Assembly (NCBI RefSeq): GCF_003334305.1 | Contig: NZ_QOWS01000066.1 | Length of the DNA stretch: 891 bases | Origin: Escherichia coli | GTDB lineage: Bacteria > Pseudomonadota > Gammaproteobacteria > Enterobacterales > Enterobacteriaceae | Reading direction: 5' to 3' (one strand) | Shown: piece after piece, positions 1 to 891 of the stretch | Position numbering within the stretch: position 1 is the stretch's first letter | How the letters are laid out: every line of letters begins with the position of its first letter | The notes under the pieces: model-generated | Database searches by the model: none | What the model was told of the DNA's origin: nothing | What the model saw: only the letters and a program-made list of their open reading frames with translations | Program-made: the position numbers and the translations under genes

Positions 1-891
<891 letters not shown>

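Overview
This window is the left (5') ~0.9 kb of an IS110-family insertion sequence. From memory, and unverified here, it matches E. coli IS621. It has three layers. (1) Positions 1-16 hold the element terminus, beginning CTTGTAT, with a TATTAT -10-like hexamer at 5-10. (2) Positions 17-193 are a 177-nt non-coding leader with strong, directly visible secondary structure, which I interpret as the element-encoded bridge (guide) RNA that programs target and donor recognition. (3) Positions 194-891 are the N-terminal 232 codons of the DEDD (RuvC-like) recombinase, running off the 3' edge of the window. The two minus-strand ORFs in the supplied track are antisense artefacts of this CDS. The main item of interest is the leader RNA, which contains short segments that mirror or complement the insertion target and the element's own end.
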